Virus record (IMG/VR): IMGVR_UViG_3300033553_000842
Span: 1-64,000 of that record
Length of the DNA stretch: 64,000 nucleotides
Direction: 5' to 3' (one strand)
Source of the DNA: a virus
The notes under the pieces were generated by a model. The model searched no databases and had not been told where the DNA came from. It worked only from the letters and a program-made list of their open reading frames with translations. The position numbers and the translations under genes are program-made. This document shows positions 35,101 to 45,348 of this stretch, one piece after another (position 1 is the first letter of the stretch; each line of letters begins with the position of its first letter).

Positions 35101-37658
35101 ACAAATCCTTAGACCGAGCCTGGCTGGATTACATCGGCGCGATCAGAGAGAAATCCGACCAGACTTCGAGTTTCCTACAGACCATTGAGCAGCTCAATGC
35201 TCAAGAACTAGCCCAGATAGAGCAGTCCAAGATTGCGGCCGACGGGGGAAATGCTTCGGTCTTTACCCTGCGCGAGGGCGCGAAAGAAATTGCTACGGAC
35301 GTCCGCGCAAAGCTGATGAGTGGGCTGGGGGGGATGAGCGCTCAAGAGCGCACCAAGACCGTGGCCCAGCGGTACGAAGCATTTGATAAGGAAATTGCTG
35401 AAGCCACCCGCAGTCTTGAAAGTCTGAAGTCCAACGGGACCATTCAGTCCACCGAGACCTATGACCTGATCCGTCGAATGCTTCTGGAAGCCTCCGCCTC
35501 TGCCTCGAGCATGTTCCGAGGGATCAAAGAGGAATCTGATAAGGTCGTCGAGAAGCTCACCGATCTAAATCTGCAAGAAACCGAGGTCGAGCTTCAGAAA
35601 CTGGCCGACGAGTTTGGTGAAGCCCAAGGGCTGCAGGCCATTGGTGAAGCTATGGCGGCTCAGAAGATCCAGCTGGAAAAAGTCCGGGCCGCTGAGATCG
35701 CTTCGGTGCAAGCTCAGGGTCTGGACTCTGATGTTGAGGCCGCTACGCTGACCGCCACCAACCGGCAGTATGACGATCGCTCGGCGGGTATCGATGCCGC
35801 GGGACTTGAGAAGATCAATGCTATCCTCGACGCTCAGCGTCAGGTCACGCTTGAGGGTCAGAAGCAGGTCGAGCTTCAGAACCTGATTCTGGAAAAAGGT
35901 CAGAACAGCCTCGAGGTCGAGCAGTTCAAGCTTCAGCAGGAGAAGCTTTCCACCGCCGAAACGCTTCGTAAAGCTGGGGTGGAAGAGGGTTTCGTCCAAG
36001 CCAAGCTTGCAGCCATGCAAACCGAGTTCGATCTCGCCCAGCGGATCAAGGCACAGGAGGCCAACAAGGACCTGAGCCGGCAGATCGAACAGCGCAAGGA
36101 AGAGAACCGGATCGCAAAGGCAACTTTGATATTCGGTGAAGACAGCCTGGTCGTGGTCAAAATGCGTGAGAAGGCTGAGCGGGACGCCTTGGACGTAACC
36201 CTTGAAGCATCTGACGCAAGTGAGGAGCTAAAGGAGCAGCTTCGCAATGCCCTGAAAGAGGCTCAGGCCATTGGTCGAGCAGATATGTCCAGTGGTATCA
36301 ATAACGCAATCGGACGGGCCGGGGCTCTGATCCGGCAGCTGCGTATTGCCCGGAGTGTTTTGTCGACGATCGACAAGAGTAATGCACGGGAAAAAGATCG
36401 CCTTGCAGTTGAAAGAGCAACAGTCGGGGATGCTTCTGCCCGGGAGGTCGGCCTCGCTGGCTTGGAAACTCGATACAAACTTGAGGACGACGGGGTTACG
36501 GACGTCGTCGGCATAGCGGCGGGGGTGGGACTTGCCAAGGCTGACGAAGCCGTCCTGGCGGCAGATCGGCGTAAGCTTGAGGCGGAAGAAGAAGCCTATT
36601 CTGAATCTCAGAAGGACCCGAGCGGCGGCGGCGGCGGTGGCGGCAAGGGTAAGAAAGACAAGAACCCCGAGTATGACGCGCTGCAAACACAGCTTTCCAA
36701 CCGGATCGGGGCCGCGACAATTTCCATCGACAACGGTGGAGATCCTGCAGCGGCGTATCAGCAGATCGAGATGGCTCTCCAGAGGATCAATGTCGAGGTC
36801 GAAAAGCGTGAGCAGCTCATCACGTCGATCGCTGGGAAGCAGTCCCGTAGCGTTCAGGAAGAAGAGCGCCTCAAGCAACTGATCTCTGAGCACAACCAGC
36901 TGACGACCTTCGCCAAGACCGAAGAGGAAAAGATCCTCTGGCTCAAGGAACAGCAGGGGCAGGCCTCAGTCAATCTCAAGGAGATCGTTCGAGAGTGGTC
37001 GCGTGAAGCGCTCGTCGGGGTCGTTGCCCTTGAAGAGGGTATGAAGAACGTCCTCGGCAATCTACTTACTGGTTTCGGAACACTGTTTACCGACCTGGTG
37101 AGTGGCGTGAAATCTGCCAAGGAGGCCTTTCGTGAGTTTGCGGTCTCCGTGGTTAAGAGCCTGTTGCAGGTCATCGCCAAGTTGATCGCGATCAAGATCC
37201 TGAAATCGATCCTCGGGGGTATCGCCGGTGGGGGCGGAAGGTTTGCGGGGTTCGCTCAGAGCGGTTTAGATTTCCTCTCCAATAAAGAAGGCGGGCGGGT
37301 TCAGCGGAAAGTCGGTGGGGGTCGTGTTGAGGGCAACCTGGCCCGGGACAGCGTTCCACATTCTCTGATGCCTGACGAATATGTTTTGCGGGCCTCGGCG
37401 GCACGGGCCATTGGTTACGACAAGCTGAACCAGATCAATGCCACCGGGAATACTTCCCGTATGAATGGTCTGTCAAATGTGAGCACCGATCCTCAAAACA
37501 AAGGGTCGGGTATGGGGGATGTAAATGTCTATGTCATCTCTCCGGATCAGAAACCGATCCCAGGACCACGCGACATTATTGCCGTGATGGATGACCACAT
37601 CTCCAAAGGTGGTTCCACCAAGAAGCTGATTAAATCTGTATCGATGGGAGAAATCTAA
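32190..37658 (+). CDS. Tape measure protein
   Basis: 1822 aa, helical; TP901-type core (FTAVEVANA...LGQAGFS, AMANAGIRSGSTLGTGMR). Confidence 0.95.
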   Translation: MANKKEIIDVRLSAASKKDLMALSKELADAVNSVNKLAKGFQNLSQLKASASAKGAVENNFGLGAYSRGLNQSEKQRATNTARLGTETGRVADERERDLRATQKLMKTQEGLQRIEQARLLNAKAELKTVDRLVDRGELLKKQDLARVKAAEAQLRLNDLLAQRDVRNRAIRKAPAGSDERRALQAQAPAANAQIRGVQQEVQAAERLNTLAGSRLQTLQQETAQKAQQAKFDRESERMQSRSLTSQTSLARDRERRQQAQQLNLTKELEGARRINDLVTAKTQKLRAQDRLRLEEQNGNLTAVRQARVLNDLLDRRIRKLQEANRVAKEAAKPTKEQMAGNAREMSMKRLFGDNGASLFAIQAGLVANYALMNQLRTGFQQAIAFTVDLDSAMRNLQAIVRITDTDLASLKDSLIGISEETKFTAVEVANAAVTLGQAGFSTDEIKDSIRAVSLLATATGTELKNAVDIATSTLGVFNMESSQMADVANILTEAVNTSKLNIEKLTLGLQYSGNIAAQSGVSFKELTSALGAMANAGIRSGSTLGTGMRQILIALQKPSNEFSATLDRLGLTMDDVNLETKGLYGALKNLRDAGFSSGDAIQSFEVRAAAAYNALSGNLDQMLSLQNAFQRTSASIQANETQMKSLANQGKRLGSVLGSVAAAGLDPMLKGTIAITSALADAFSWVRQFENSLAFLTTGVAVAGLSGILVYFGRMIKNLSGMVLGTNALTAANLRATVSYKALSVAMMRSPFALVAGAITAIGAAFYFMGNRTTGAQDKLEKAQTTFDRSVGSAEKLQKGLVRVDDTLKDLTNRYDLLKDGGALLESVIIDIQKQFVDMGRDAGQVGNDVDALIKTMRDLRMELSKEYELRINTSLLNLDNLRNATRKSLSESIAGTASAASEMNPLSASERKSGVLRSNQGGFGSQILDDAKILQTSGSSLNEVGSANARLDAVRLKIEDRLDNDSSANKSLDRAWLDYIGAIREKSDQTSSFLQTIEQLNAQELAQIEQSKIAADGGNASVFTLREGAKEIATDVRAKLMSGLGGMSAQERTKTVAQRYEAFDKEIAEATRSLESLKSNGTIQSTETYDLIRRMLLEASASASSMFRGIKEESDKVVEKLTDLNLQETEVELQKLADEFGEAQGLQAIGEAMAAQKIQLEKVRAAEIASVQAQGLDSDVEAATLTATNRQYDDRSAGIDAAGLEKINAILDAQRQVTLEGQKQVELQNLILEKGQNSLEVEQFKLQQEKLSTAETLRKAGVEEGFVQAKLAAMQTEFDLAQRIKAQEANKDLSRQIEQRKEENRIAKATLIFGEDSLVVVKMREKAERDALDVTLEASDASEELKEQLRNALKEAQAIGRADMSSGINNAIGRAGALIRQLRIARSVLSTIDKSNAREKDRLAVERATVGDASAREVGLAGLETRYKLEDDGVTDVVGIAAGVGLAKADEAVLAADRRKLEAEEEAYSESQKDPSGGGGGGGKGKKDKNPEYDALQTQLSNRIGAATISIDNGGDPAAAYQQIEMALQRINVEVEKREQLITSIAGKQSRSVQEEERLKQLISEHNQLTTFAKTEEEKILWLKEQQGQASVNLKEIVREWSREALVGVVALEEGMKNVLGNLLTGFGTLFTDLVSGVKSAKEAFREFAVSVVKSLLQVIAKLIAIKILKSILGGIAGGGGRFAGFAQSGLDFLSNKEGGRVQRKVGGGRVEGNLARDSVPHSLMPDEYVLRASAARAIGYDKLNQINATGNTSRMNGLSNVSTDPQNKGSGMGDVNVYVISPDQKPIPGPRDIIAVMDDHISKGGSTKKLIKSVSMGEI

Positions 37659-38041
37659 TGGCCACTTTTCCCGCAGTCTACTTCAGCTACGCGACGAAGT
37701 ACCCCGAGTCCGGTTTCCGGGTCGAGCTCTCTCGAAGCTATATGTACACAAGCCCAGCTGAGGCACCGGACCAGAGGACTTTCGCGCTCACTCTGTCAGG
37801 GATGAAATATTTCCTCGACGGCTCGGATCAGGCCGATCGGGTCAAGGAGACTGAGCGCAATATGTGGGTGCTAGAAGATTTTTATATCGAGCACCGACTG
37901 AGCAAGAGTTTTACCTTCAATCACCCATTGTATGGTGCTTTGATCTGCAAGTTCAACCGCCCTCTCGAGATCCCTGAAGGGATCGCTAACGGAGGCGGGG
38001 TACTCCCCTCATTCCCTGTAGAATTGATTGAGATCCCATGA
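37658..38041 (+). CDS. Distal tail protein (lambda gpM-like)
   Basis: Follows the TMP; LEDFY.EH...KSF.F.HP..G motif. Confidence 0.7.
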   Translation: MATFPAVYFSYATKYPESGFRVELSRSYMYTSPAEAPDQRTFALTLSGMKYFLDGSDQADRVKETERNMWVLEDFYIEHRLSKSFTFNHPLYGALICKFNRPLEIPEGIANGGGVLPSFPVELIEIP

Positions 38042-38526
38042 GCAATAACATCCCTGATAGCATCCGTGATGATGCCTTTAATCTCGACGGTGCCGCCCAG
38101 TCTATCCTTTACCGGATCACCCTGGCCAATGCGGCGGTGCTGTATCTTTCTCCAAAGGGGGAGTTTACCTGGCAGGGCAATATCTATGAAGAGATCCCCT
38201 GTCACATGACGGGGTCCGATCGAAAAGCCGACAGTGAGGCTTCCAGACCTAGGTTCACAATTGTAAACCCAGGGGGTATGTTCACATCGGCCGTTCATGA
38301 ACGGCATCTTGAGGGGGCGATCCTGACGCGCCACCGGTTGATGACCTCTGACCTGATCGCGAATAACAACTCAGCCCTAAGCGACACCTACCGGATCTCA
38401 AGGGTCATGAACGTGACCAAAGACCTGATTGTTGTTGAGTGCCGCCGGGGGTTGGACGGGGCGAACTTCAAGCTGCCAAACCGCACGTTCCGTCCACCGG
38501 AGTTCACCGTTGTACGCACTCGATAA
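38038..38526 (+). CDS. Minor tail protein (lambda gpL-like)
   Basis: TWQG..Y...P, RP..TI.N, LP.R motifs. Confidence 0.7.
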   Translation: MSNNIPDSIRDDAFNLDGAAQSILYRITLANAAVLYLSPKGEFTWQGNIYEEIPCHMTGSDRKADSEASRPRFTIVNPGGMFTSAVHERHLEGAILTRHRLMTSDLIANNNSALSDTYRISRVMNVTKDLIVVECRRGLDGANFKLPNRTFRPPEFTVVRTR

Positions 38527-39043
38527 ATATCTCGGCATCCGCTACGTGGACGGAAAGCAGGACTGCTTCAGCGTCTTGAGAGATGTCCTGCGAGACCGGT
38601 GGGATATCCTGCTGCCGAACTTTGCCCGACCCACAGAGTTCTGGGCCGACCCCAACCTGGATATGTACGCGATGTATGCCCGTTGGGGGTTTAAGCAGAT
38701 CTTTGATGAGGCCTTCCAAGTGGGGGATGTCCTGCTAATGCCCCTTGGTACGTCGAGGAACACCCACGCGGCGATGGTCGTCGAACAAAACCAGGTATTG
38801 CATCACCCCCCCGGACAGCTGAGCCGTCTGGACCCCCTGATGCCAAGGTGGGGTAGACGGGCAAACATTGTCCTGCGCCATCCCAAGGTTACTGAACAGA
38901 AGGAGGTGTCGACCCTCCATCTCCACGAGGTTGTTGATGCTGAAATTTTCCGAAATCCAAGAGTTAAAGACGTCATTGATCGGGCTATGGAAGCCGAGCG
39001 TCGAGAGATGCGGGATCATAACAGCCGATCGAGAGATCATTGA
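38510..39043 (+). CDS. NlpC/P60 tail-associated peptidase
   Basis: G..Y..G.QDCF, GDVLL, HAA, LHH; TTG start after GGAG. Confidence 0.8.
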   Translation: MYALDKYLGIRYVDGKQDCFSVLRDVLRDRWDILLPNFARPTEFWADPNLDMYAMYARWGFKQIFDEAFQVGDVLLMPLGTSRNTHAAMVVEQNQVLHHPPGQLSRLDPLMPRWGRRANIVLRHPKVTEQKEVSTLHLHEVVDAEIFRNPRVKDVIDRAMEAERREMRDHNSRSRDH

Positions 39044-39323
39044 AACCACCAACCTGGCCGAAGATCCAAGCAACGAGTTCGAGTTCGATCCGCAGGATCT
39101 AAAGAACGCTTGGGGGACATGGCACACGCATCCCGTGACCTCCTCGAACCTGTCGATACCAGACTACCATTTCTTCAAGTCGTGGGGAAATTTGGTTCAC
39201 TTCATCATTTGTTTAGACGATGTAGCATGCTATACAACAATTGAAGATTACTTGGTGGTTATCAATGAAGCGGACGATTTATCTCCACGGCTATTTGAAG
39301 GACTTACATCCAGAGCCGATTAA
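38937..39323 (+). CDS. JAB/MPN domain tail protein
   Basis: ERCGII, N.A.DP...F, WHTHP...NLS..D. Confidence 0.8.
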   Translation: MLKFSEIQELKTSLIGLWKPSVERCGIITADREIIETTNLAEDPSNEFEFDPQDLKNAWGTWHTHPVTSSNLSIPDYHFFKSWGNLVHFIICLDDVACYTTIEDYLVVINEADDLSPRLFEGLTSRAD

Positions 39324-40512
39324 GGTTGAAGCAACGACGATAGCCGAGGCTCTGCGTGTCCTCGAGCAGATTCCGGAACTCAAACCGGAGCACGGACCTG
39401 GGCACCCTGTCCGCATCGACGGAGTGCTGACCGACATTCAACTGTTCGCTAACAACGACACGTTAGATGAAATCCACATCCGACCTCAGGTTGGGGGCGC
39501 GGGTGGCCGCGGAGGTTTGACCCAGATCCTGCTCGGGGTTGTTCTTATCGGGGTCTCCCTCGCCCTTGGCCCCGCGGGTACTGCTATAATGGGCACTTGG
39601 ATCACCAATTCCACCTTGATGATGGCCGGCGCGGGTCTTGTCCTGGGTGGTCTGCTACAGATGATGCTGCCTAAACCGGAGGCACTTGGGGAGGAAGAGA
39701 AATCCCAGTATCTCCCCCCAACAACCAACACGGTAGCAGTGGGCACTCCAATTCCTATGGTCTTTGGAGCCCGACTGGTCGGGGGCCAAATCCTCTCTCT
39801 GGACAGCGATGCTAAGCTCGTCACTTCAGATACATCCGCGGGGACTCCGTCTGTCCCACAGCTCCCCCAAGGATCTACTGCGGAGGAGACCCGGGCGTAT
39901 CACGCCAGATATGGACTGGGAGAGTTTGCCTCAGGGGCTTGGGGATATGAGACTTTCAAAATCGCTGCCAGCGCTCAAGATACACTCTTCAGGTTAGTAA
40001 TCTCCAACGCTCTCAATATCTCGGCCAGGGGGTACACCCCCACGGTGGAACCTTTTGAGTTGCTGACCCTTTTACGGGGGGCTCAAGGCCCTCGCGGGCT
40101 ACCCATCAAGTATCAAACCAGGTTCACGGTCCCCACCTCTGGGGTATACGCGTTCAAGAACGATAGCACCTACCCGGTCAAGGTCCTCATCGACGGTGTA
40201 GAAGCCGCGACCCATAATCTGACCGCAGGGACTCTCGTGAGTATCGAGGTCGTGGTCCTTTTTGGGTATGAGTTACAGACCGACCAGATCTTCAATTTGC
40301 AGTACCGAATTGCCGCTGGGGCTTGGGCCCCCATCACCAACCTGGTGGGGGCTGGGGATCCGTTCCCGCCCGGAGAAGTGAACGTCCGGGACAGTCTTTT
40401 TGTAGAATATGACAAGACCCCCCTGTCGGACGGACTTAGCCCTATCAGACCAGTGTTCGCCTCTCCGGTCGCCTCCCCCAGCAACGTCCCGACCAGTGAA
40501 TGGAGACCATAA
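39265..40512 (+). CDS. Tail assembly protein (lambda gpI-like) with extra domain
   Basis: Ubiquitin-like N-terminus (IYLHG.L...EAL), GAGG plus hydrophobic stretch, NT..G.PIP.VFG...VGG; PA14-like C-terminal domain. Confidence 0.8.
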   Translation: MKRTIYLHGYLKDLHPEPIKVEATTIAEALRVLEQIPELKPEHGPGHPVRIDGVLTDIQLFANNDTLDEIHIRPQVGGAGGRGGLTQILLGVVLIGVSLALGPAGTAIMGTWITNSTLMMAGAGLVLGGLLQMMLPKPEALGEEEKSQYLPPTTNTVAVGTPIPMVFGARLVGGQILSLDSDAKLVTSDTSAGTPSVPQLPQGSTAEETRAYHARYGLGEFASGAWGYETFKIAASAQDTLFRLVISNALNISARGYTPTVEPFELLTLLRGAQGPRGLPIKYQTRFTVPTSGVYAFKNDSTYPVKVLIDGVEAATHNLTAGTLVSIEVVVLFGYELQTDQIFNLQYRIAAGAWAPITNLVGAGDPFPPGEVNVRDSLFVEYDKTPLSDGLSPIRPVFASPVASPSNVPTSEWRP

Positions 40513-43500
40513 GTGAATAAGGTCTTGCCTAAAGGCGCAGGGGGGGGCCCAAAGCCCCCTACGGTTCACGCCGTCACATACGTCTCTGAGGATATTTTTG
40601 AGATCAACCTAGGCGTTTGCGTGGGTCCAATTGCTGGCCTCTACGCAGGACCTCGTGCGTTCTATCTTGGGGATACGCCCCTGACGTCCCCCACAGGGGA
40701 AAACAACTTCGATCCGTTCGAGCTTCACGTCCACAACGGGGCCGATGTTGCCACCCCGGTGCATAACGCACTTGGAGGAATCTCCTCAAGCGAAAGTGTC
40801 AGCGTCCAGCTGGGCTATCTGACCCCCGTGGTCCGTGAAACTGATGCTGGCCTGCGTAACCAGATTGACGTCCTCGAGATTCGTCTGTTTATTTCCCAAC
40901 TGGTCAACAACACCTCGAGTGGGGATATCCTGAAAACCGACATCTCGGTTGATCTAGAATATCGCGAGAAGGGGACAACCACCTGGCTCCCGTTCATCGG
41001 GGACAACAAAACCTGGACTTACAACGGACGGATCGGGGGGGCGGTCAAAGAGTTCCGCCGGGTGGTCCCACGTATTAACGCCGACTGGGAACTTCGGGTT
41101 ACCAAAAGTCTCGACGACGACACCACAAATGGGGTCTACCGGGATGTTTCCTGGGAGAGTTTCCAGTCTGTCATCCAAGAAGACAAGGCCTACAACAATA
41201 CGGTTATTGTTCGAGGTCTCTCTGCGGCCAGTGACCAGTTGAACTCGGTACCCAACATGGCGGGGGTTTGGCGCGGCTTGATTGTCCAAGTCCCCTCCAA
41301 CTATGATCCTGTAACCCGCTACTACGACGGGGTCTGGGATGGGTCATTCAAACTGGCCTATACCGATAACCCCGTATGGTGTCTCTATTATCTCCTTATG
41401 GATCCGGTGAACGGAGCCAGAGCCTACTTCCCGGGCCTGCAAACGGATCGTTTCAGTTTTTATGAGGCAGCACAGTGGTGTGACGGATTGGTCCCCCGCG
41501 GAAACACAGGCACGTATCAACCTCGGTACACCTACAACGATCTGATCTCTCAGGTACGTCAGGGCCGTCAGACGTTGCAATACCTTGCAGGTCTGTTCGG
41601 TGGGGTAATTGCCGAAGACCTGGCGGGGACAATTATCCTGAAGGTTGACAAGCCGTCGGCCGTCACTCAGATCTTTGGCCCGGAGAGTGTGAGCTCTGAA
41701 GGTTTTTCCTATAGCTACACTGACATTGAAGGCCGGCCTAACCAGAGCAAGGTCCAGTTTACAAACCCAGATCTGCAATGGGACAATGACCAGCGGCTCG
41801 TTGAGATCCAAGAGTACATCGACCGCAACGGCCTGACTGTGGACGACTACACCGCTGTAGGGTGTATCGACGAATACGAAGCCCAGCGGAGGGCTTACCT
41901 ACGTCTTCTTCAGGCCAACACCGAAACCACCATGGTCAGTTTCTCGACCGCACGTCAGGGACTGCTGCTCGAGCCTTATGATGTGATCGGCATTGCCGAC
42001 CCGGCCCAGAACTGGGGTCTGTCTGGTCGTGTGAAATCAGTATCCGGGACCACCATCACGCTGCGGGATGCTCTAACAGTCCCCGCCCAGGTGGGTCTGA
42101 CCCTCCAGGTTCAAACACCAACAGGTATCGAAACCCTGACCGTTCAATCCGCGACGGCCACAACAACCTCTCTCGAGATCACTGTCGGGACCTGGCCTAC
42201 GAACGCCCCCGATCGAGCTCAGTTCAGCCTTGAGGATAACGTCACCTCAACTGGTTTGGTGAAGCCCTTCCGGATTCTGTCGATCGAGCCTAACGAGGAA
42301 GAGTCCTCCCTTGCGAACATCTCAGCGATTGAGGTGAACCCAAACAAGCATTCCGACGCGGACAACCTGACCCTAACCCAGGTGGTGGACTACACGGGGG
42401 TCTCAGCAATCCCCCGGGCCCCTCAAAACATTCGGATCGTTTCTGGCACCTCTGAGTCACTGACACACCAAGATGGTACGATCGAGAACCGGATCCTCGT
42501 AACTTGGGATGCCCCCTCGACCTACAAAATCAGAGTGTACTACCGCCGGGAGGAATCTGACGAGTTCCAGGTAATCACCGCGTCCCAGAACCAAGTTTAC
42601 ATCCCAATGGCCAAGGCTGGGGAGCCCTATCTCATTGAGTTCAGGGGTGAGAATGAGTTCGGGATTCCCTTCCAAAAACTCACCCCGATCCTTCATCAAG
42701 TCACGGGTAAACGGGTTGATCTTCAGACCCCCACGAACTGGGTGGGGATCCCCGGGGTTCGCAGTGTAACCCTCGATGGTCCTGACAGCACCCTAAGAGA
42801 CTTTGCTTATTTCGAAGTCTGGGCGGGTGAAGCAGGGTCTGTATTTGAAAACGCCTCAAAGATTGGCCAGGTAGCAGCCAGCCTCTTTACATATACCCTA
42901 CCCGCAGCTTCTCTGTTTGCGAGGTACTGGGTGTTGGAAGTCGATACCTCCGGCAACCCTTCAGCCCCGTCGAATGCCATAGATGTTTTACCTGAGCCGG
43001 TTAAATCTACCGAGATTGAAGCCGCTGTCACTGAGCAGATCGAGGCTACTAGAGCTAAAGCCGACGCAGTCAGAGCGGACCACGATGCGTTGATCCTCAA
43101 TTTCACCAAGACCAATCTTGGCGAACTTGAGGTGGACTATAACGCAACACAAGCTGCTGCCAATGACGCTCTTGTAGCAGCGACCGCTTCTGAAGCCGAC
43201 AGGCTCCTGGCTGAAGCCGCAGCTAATGTCGCATCCGTATCCGAGACAAACGCAGCGGCTAGCTCTATTTCTGCAAGTGCCTCAGAAGCCTTTGCTCTTG
43301 CTGGAGCTGTCGACGCCACTGATGCAGCAAATGCAGCAAATGCTTCTGAGACAAACGCAGCGGCTAGTGAGACAAACGCAGCGAACAGCTCTATTTCTGC
43401 AAATGCTTCAGAAGCATTTGCCCTTGCTGGCGCTGTAGATGCCACTGATGCCAGCGTTATTGCTGAAAACGCCAAGGTTGAAAGCATCGCAGCGCGAAAT

Positions 43501-45348
43501 CAATCCGAGACATATCAAACAGCGTCCCTCGCAGCGCAGGCTGCATCCGAGCTTGCCCGTAATGAAGCGCAAACACAAGCCACCAGCGCGGCTGGAAGCG
43601 CTACGGCATCCGCAGGTCATGCGCAAACAGCTCAGGCGTCAGAAACTGCATCAGGCTCTAATGCAACCGCTGCACAGGCGGCGCAAGTGTCGGCAGAAGC
43701 AGCTCGCGATCAATCGTCGAATACTGCAACCGCATCTTCCGCAAGCGCAGCCGCAGCCGCTGCGTCTGAAACCGCAGCGGGGTCTAGTGCAGCCGCGACC
43801 GCTCTGGATCGACAGGCAGCTCAGACGGCCCGCGCAGGAGCTGAAACAGCCGAGACAAATGCTGCAACCAGTGAAACAAACGCAAGTGGATCGGCTGCTA
43901 CCGCGACGACCGAAGCCAACAATGCGGCAACATCAGAGACCAACGCGGGGGCTAGCGCAACTGCTGCCGCAGGTTCTGCTTCAACCGCTTCCACAAAGGC
44001 GACAGAGGCTGGCCAGGACGCCACAGCCGCCAACGCCGCAAAGCTGGCAGCTCAGACGGCCCGCGCAGGAGCCGAAACAGCAGAATCTAACGCCGCAACC
44101 AGCGAGACAAGCGCGGCAGGGTCCGCCGCAAGCGCCAGCAGCAGTGCAACAAATGCTGCAACCAGTGAGAATAACGCAGGCTCTAGTGCAACAGCGGCAG
44201 CGTCCAGCGCCTCTCTGGCCTCTACAAAGGCTACTGAATCCTCTCAATCGGCCACAGCCGCCAACACTGCAAAGCTGAACGCGGAAACAGCCCGCGCAGG
44301 AGCTGAAACAGCCGAGACAAATGCAGCAACCAGCGAGACAAGTGCGGCAGGGTCTGCGGCAACAGCTAGCACGTCCGCGAGCAACTCCGCCGCCAGTGAG
44401 ACCGCGGCGGGTGGTCACGCCACTGCCGCGGCTACGAGTGCGTCGGTGGCGACGACCAAAGCAGGTGAAGCTTCACAGAGCGCGACGACCGCAACAACCC
44501 AGGCTAACACTGCGACAACCAAAGCAGGAGAGGCCTCCACATCAGCCACGAATGCAGCGACTTCTGAAACAGGAGCAAATAATTCTGCTGCTTCGGCACT
44601 GATCTCCGAGAATGCTGCGGCCACCAGTGAAACTGCATCTGGTATTCAAGCCACAGCGTCTGCAAACAGTGCAGGCGTTGCGACAACAAAAGCGACAGAA
44701 GCCGCTCAATCGGCTTCCGCTGCTGACGTAAGCAAGACGGCCGCAGAAACTGCAAAATCAAATGCGGAGTCTTCTGAAACTGCCGCTGCACTAAGTGCTT
44801 CCAATGCTTCTGGATCAGAGGCAGCCGCAGGCACATCTGAGACAAATGCTGCTGCCTCCGAAACTGCATCAGGAAGCAGCGCCACTGCGGCTGCATCGAG
44901 CGCCTCACTGGCGTCAACCAAGGCGACAGAGGCTGGCCAGGACGCCACGGCGGCGAACGCGTCAAGATTGGCTGCTGAGACAGCCGAGTCAAACGCCAGC
45001 GTGTCCGAAGCCAGTGCTGCGCAAAGCTCAACCGACGCAACCGGCTCAGCCTCCAGTGCACAGACTTCCAGCGTTCTGTCCTCTGTGACCTTTGATGAAA
45101 GCCTGAAGGCTGCGCGTGAGGGAACCAGAGCCGGAATGGCAACTGTTTCAGGAGCCGGCAATGGCCAGTTTCAGCAAGGCTGGACCGGCTGGATCACAAT
45201 CACCGGTCTGACGACCAACTTTTCCAACAGAACCGAGATCGAGACAGGCGTTCTGTTTGGTGACGATGGCGCGACCATCGCCTCCATCGATCTTAACCTT
45301 GAACTTACACAAATCGTCCGAGCGGGCGAAGGGGATATAGTAGTATGA
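40513..45348 (+). CDS. Tail tip / central fibre protein J-like, N-terminal part
   Basis: GPI.GL, VPSNYDP.TR.Y.G.WDG.FK.AYTDNP.W, PRYT.N, FN3-like domains, then Ala/Ser/Thr heptad repeats. Confidence 0.9.
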   Translation: MNKVLPKGAGGGPKPPTVHAVTYVSEDIFEINLGVCVGPIAGLYAGPRAFYLGDTPLTSPTGENNFDPFELHVHNGADVATPVHNALGGISSSESVSVQLGYLTPVVRETDAGLRNQIDVLEIRLFISQLVNNTSSGDILKTDISVDLEYREKGTTTWLPFIGDNKTWTYNGRIGGAVKEFRRVVPRINADWELRVTKSLDDDTTNGVYRDVSWESFQSVIQEDKAYNNTVIVRGLSAASDQLNSVPNMAGVWRGLIVQVPSNYDPVTRYYDGVWDGSFKLAYTDNPVWCLYYLLMDPVNGARAYFPGLQTDRFSFYEAAQWCDGLVPRGNTGTYQPRYTYNDLISQVRQGRQTLQYLAGLFGGVIAEDLAGTIILKVDKPSAVTQIFGPESVSSEGFSYSYTDIEGRPNQSKVQFTNPDLQWDNDQRLVEIQEYIDRNGLTVDDYTAVGCIDEYEAQRRAYLRLLQANTETTMVSFSTARQGLLLEPYDVIGIADPAQNWGLSGRVKSVSGTTITLRDALTVPAQVGLTLQVQTPTGIETLTVQSATATTTSLEITVGTWPTNAPDRAQFSLEDNVTSTGLVKPFRILSIEPNEEESSLANISAIEVNPNKHSDADNLTLTQVVDYTGVSAIPRAPQNIRIVSGTSESLTHQDGTIENRILVTWDAPSTYKIRVYYRREESDEFQVITASQNQVYIPMAKAGEPYLIEFRGENEFGIPFQKLTPILHQVTGKRVDLQTPTNWVGIPGVRSVTLDGPDSTLRDFAYFEVWAGEAGSVFENASKIGQVAASLFTYTLPAASLFARYWVLEVDTSGNPSAPSNAIDVLPEPVKSTEIEAAVTEQIEATRAKADAVRADHDALILNFTKTNLGELEVDYNATQAAANDALVAATASEADRLLAEAAANVASVSETNAAASSISASASEAFALAGAVDATDAANAANASETNAAASETNAANSSISANASEAFALAGAVDATDASVIAENAKVESIAARNQSETYQTASLAAQAASELARNEAQTQATSAAGSATASAGHAQTAQASETASGSNATAAQAAQVSAEAARDQSSNTATASSASAAAAAASETAAGSSAAATALDRQAAQTARAGAETAETNAATSETNASGSAATATTEANNAATSETNAGASATAAAGSASTASTKATEAGQDATAANAAKLAAQTARAGAETAESNAATSETSAAGSAASASSSATNAATSENNAGSSATAAASSASLASTKATESSQSATAANTAKLNAETARAGAETAETNAATSETSAAGSAATASTSASNSAASETAAGGHATAAATSASVATTKAGEASQSATTATTQANTATTKAGEASTSATNAATSETGANNSAASALISENAAATSETASGIQATASANSAGVATTKATEAAQSASAADVSKTAAETAKSNAESSETAAALSASNASGSEAAAGTSETNAAASETASGSSATAAASSASLASTKATEAGQDATAANASRLAAETAESNASVSEASAAQSSTDATGSASSAQTSSVLSSVTFDESLKAAREGTRAGMATVSGAGNGQFQQGWTGWITITGLTTNFSNRTEIETGVLFGDDGATIASIDLNLELTQIVRAGEGDIVV
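43140..45080 (+). repeat. Ala/Ser/Thr heptad repeat tract (77-aa / 231-bp higher-order unit)
   Basis: CAGACGGCCCGCGCAGG recurs at 43822 and 44053. Confidence 0.85.
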
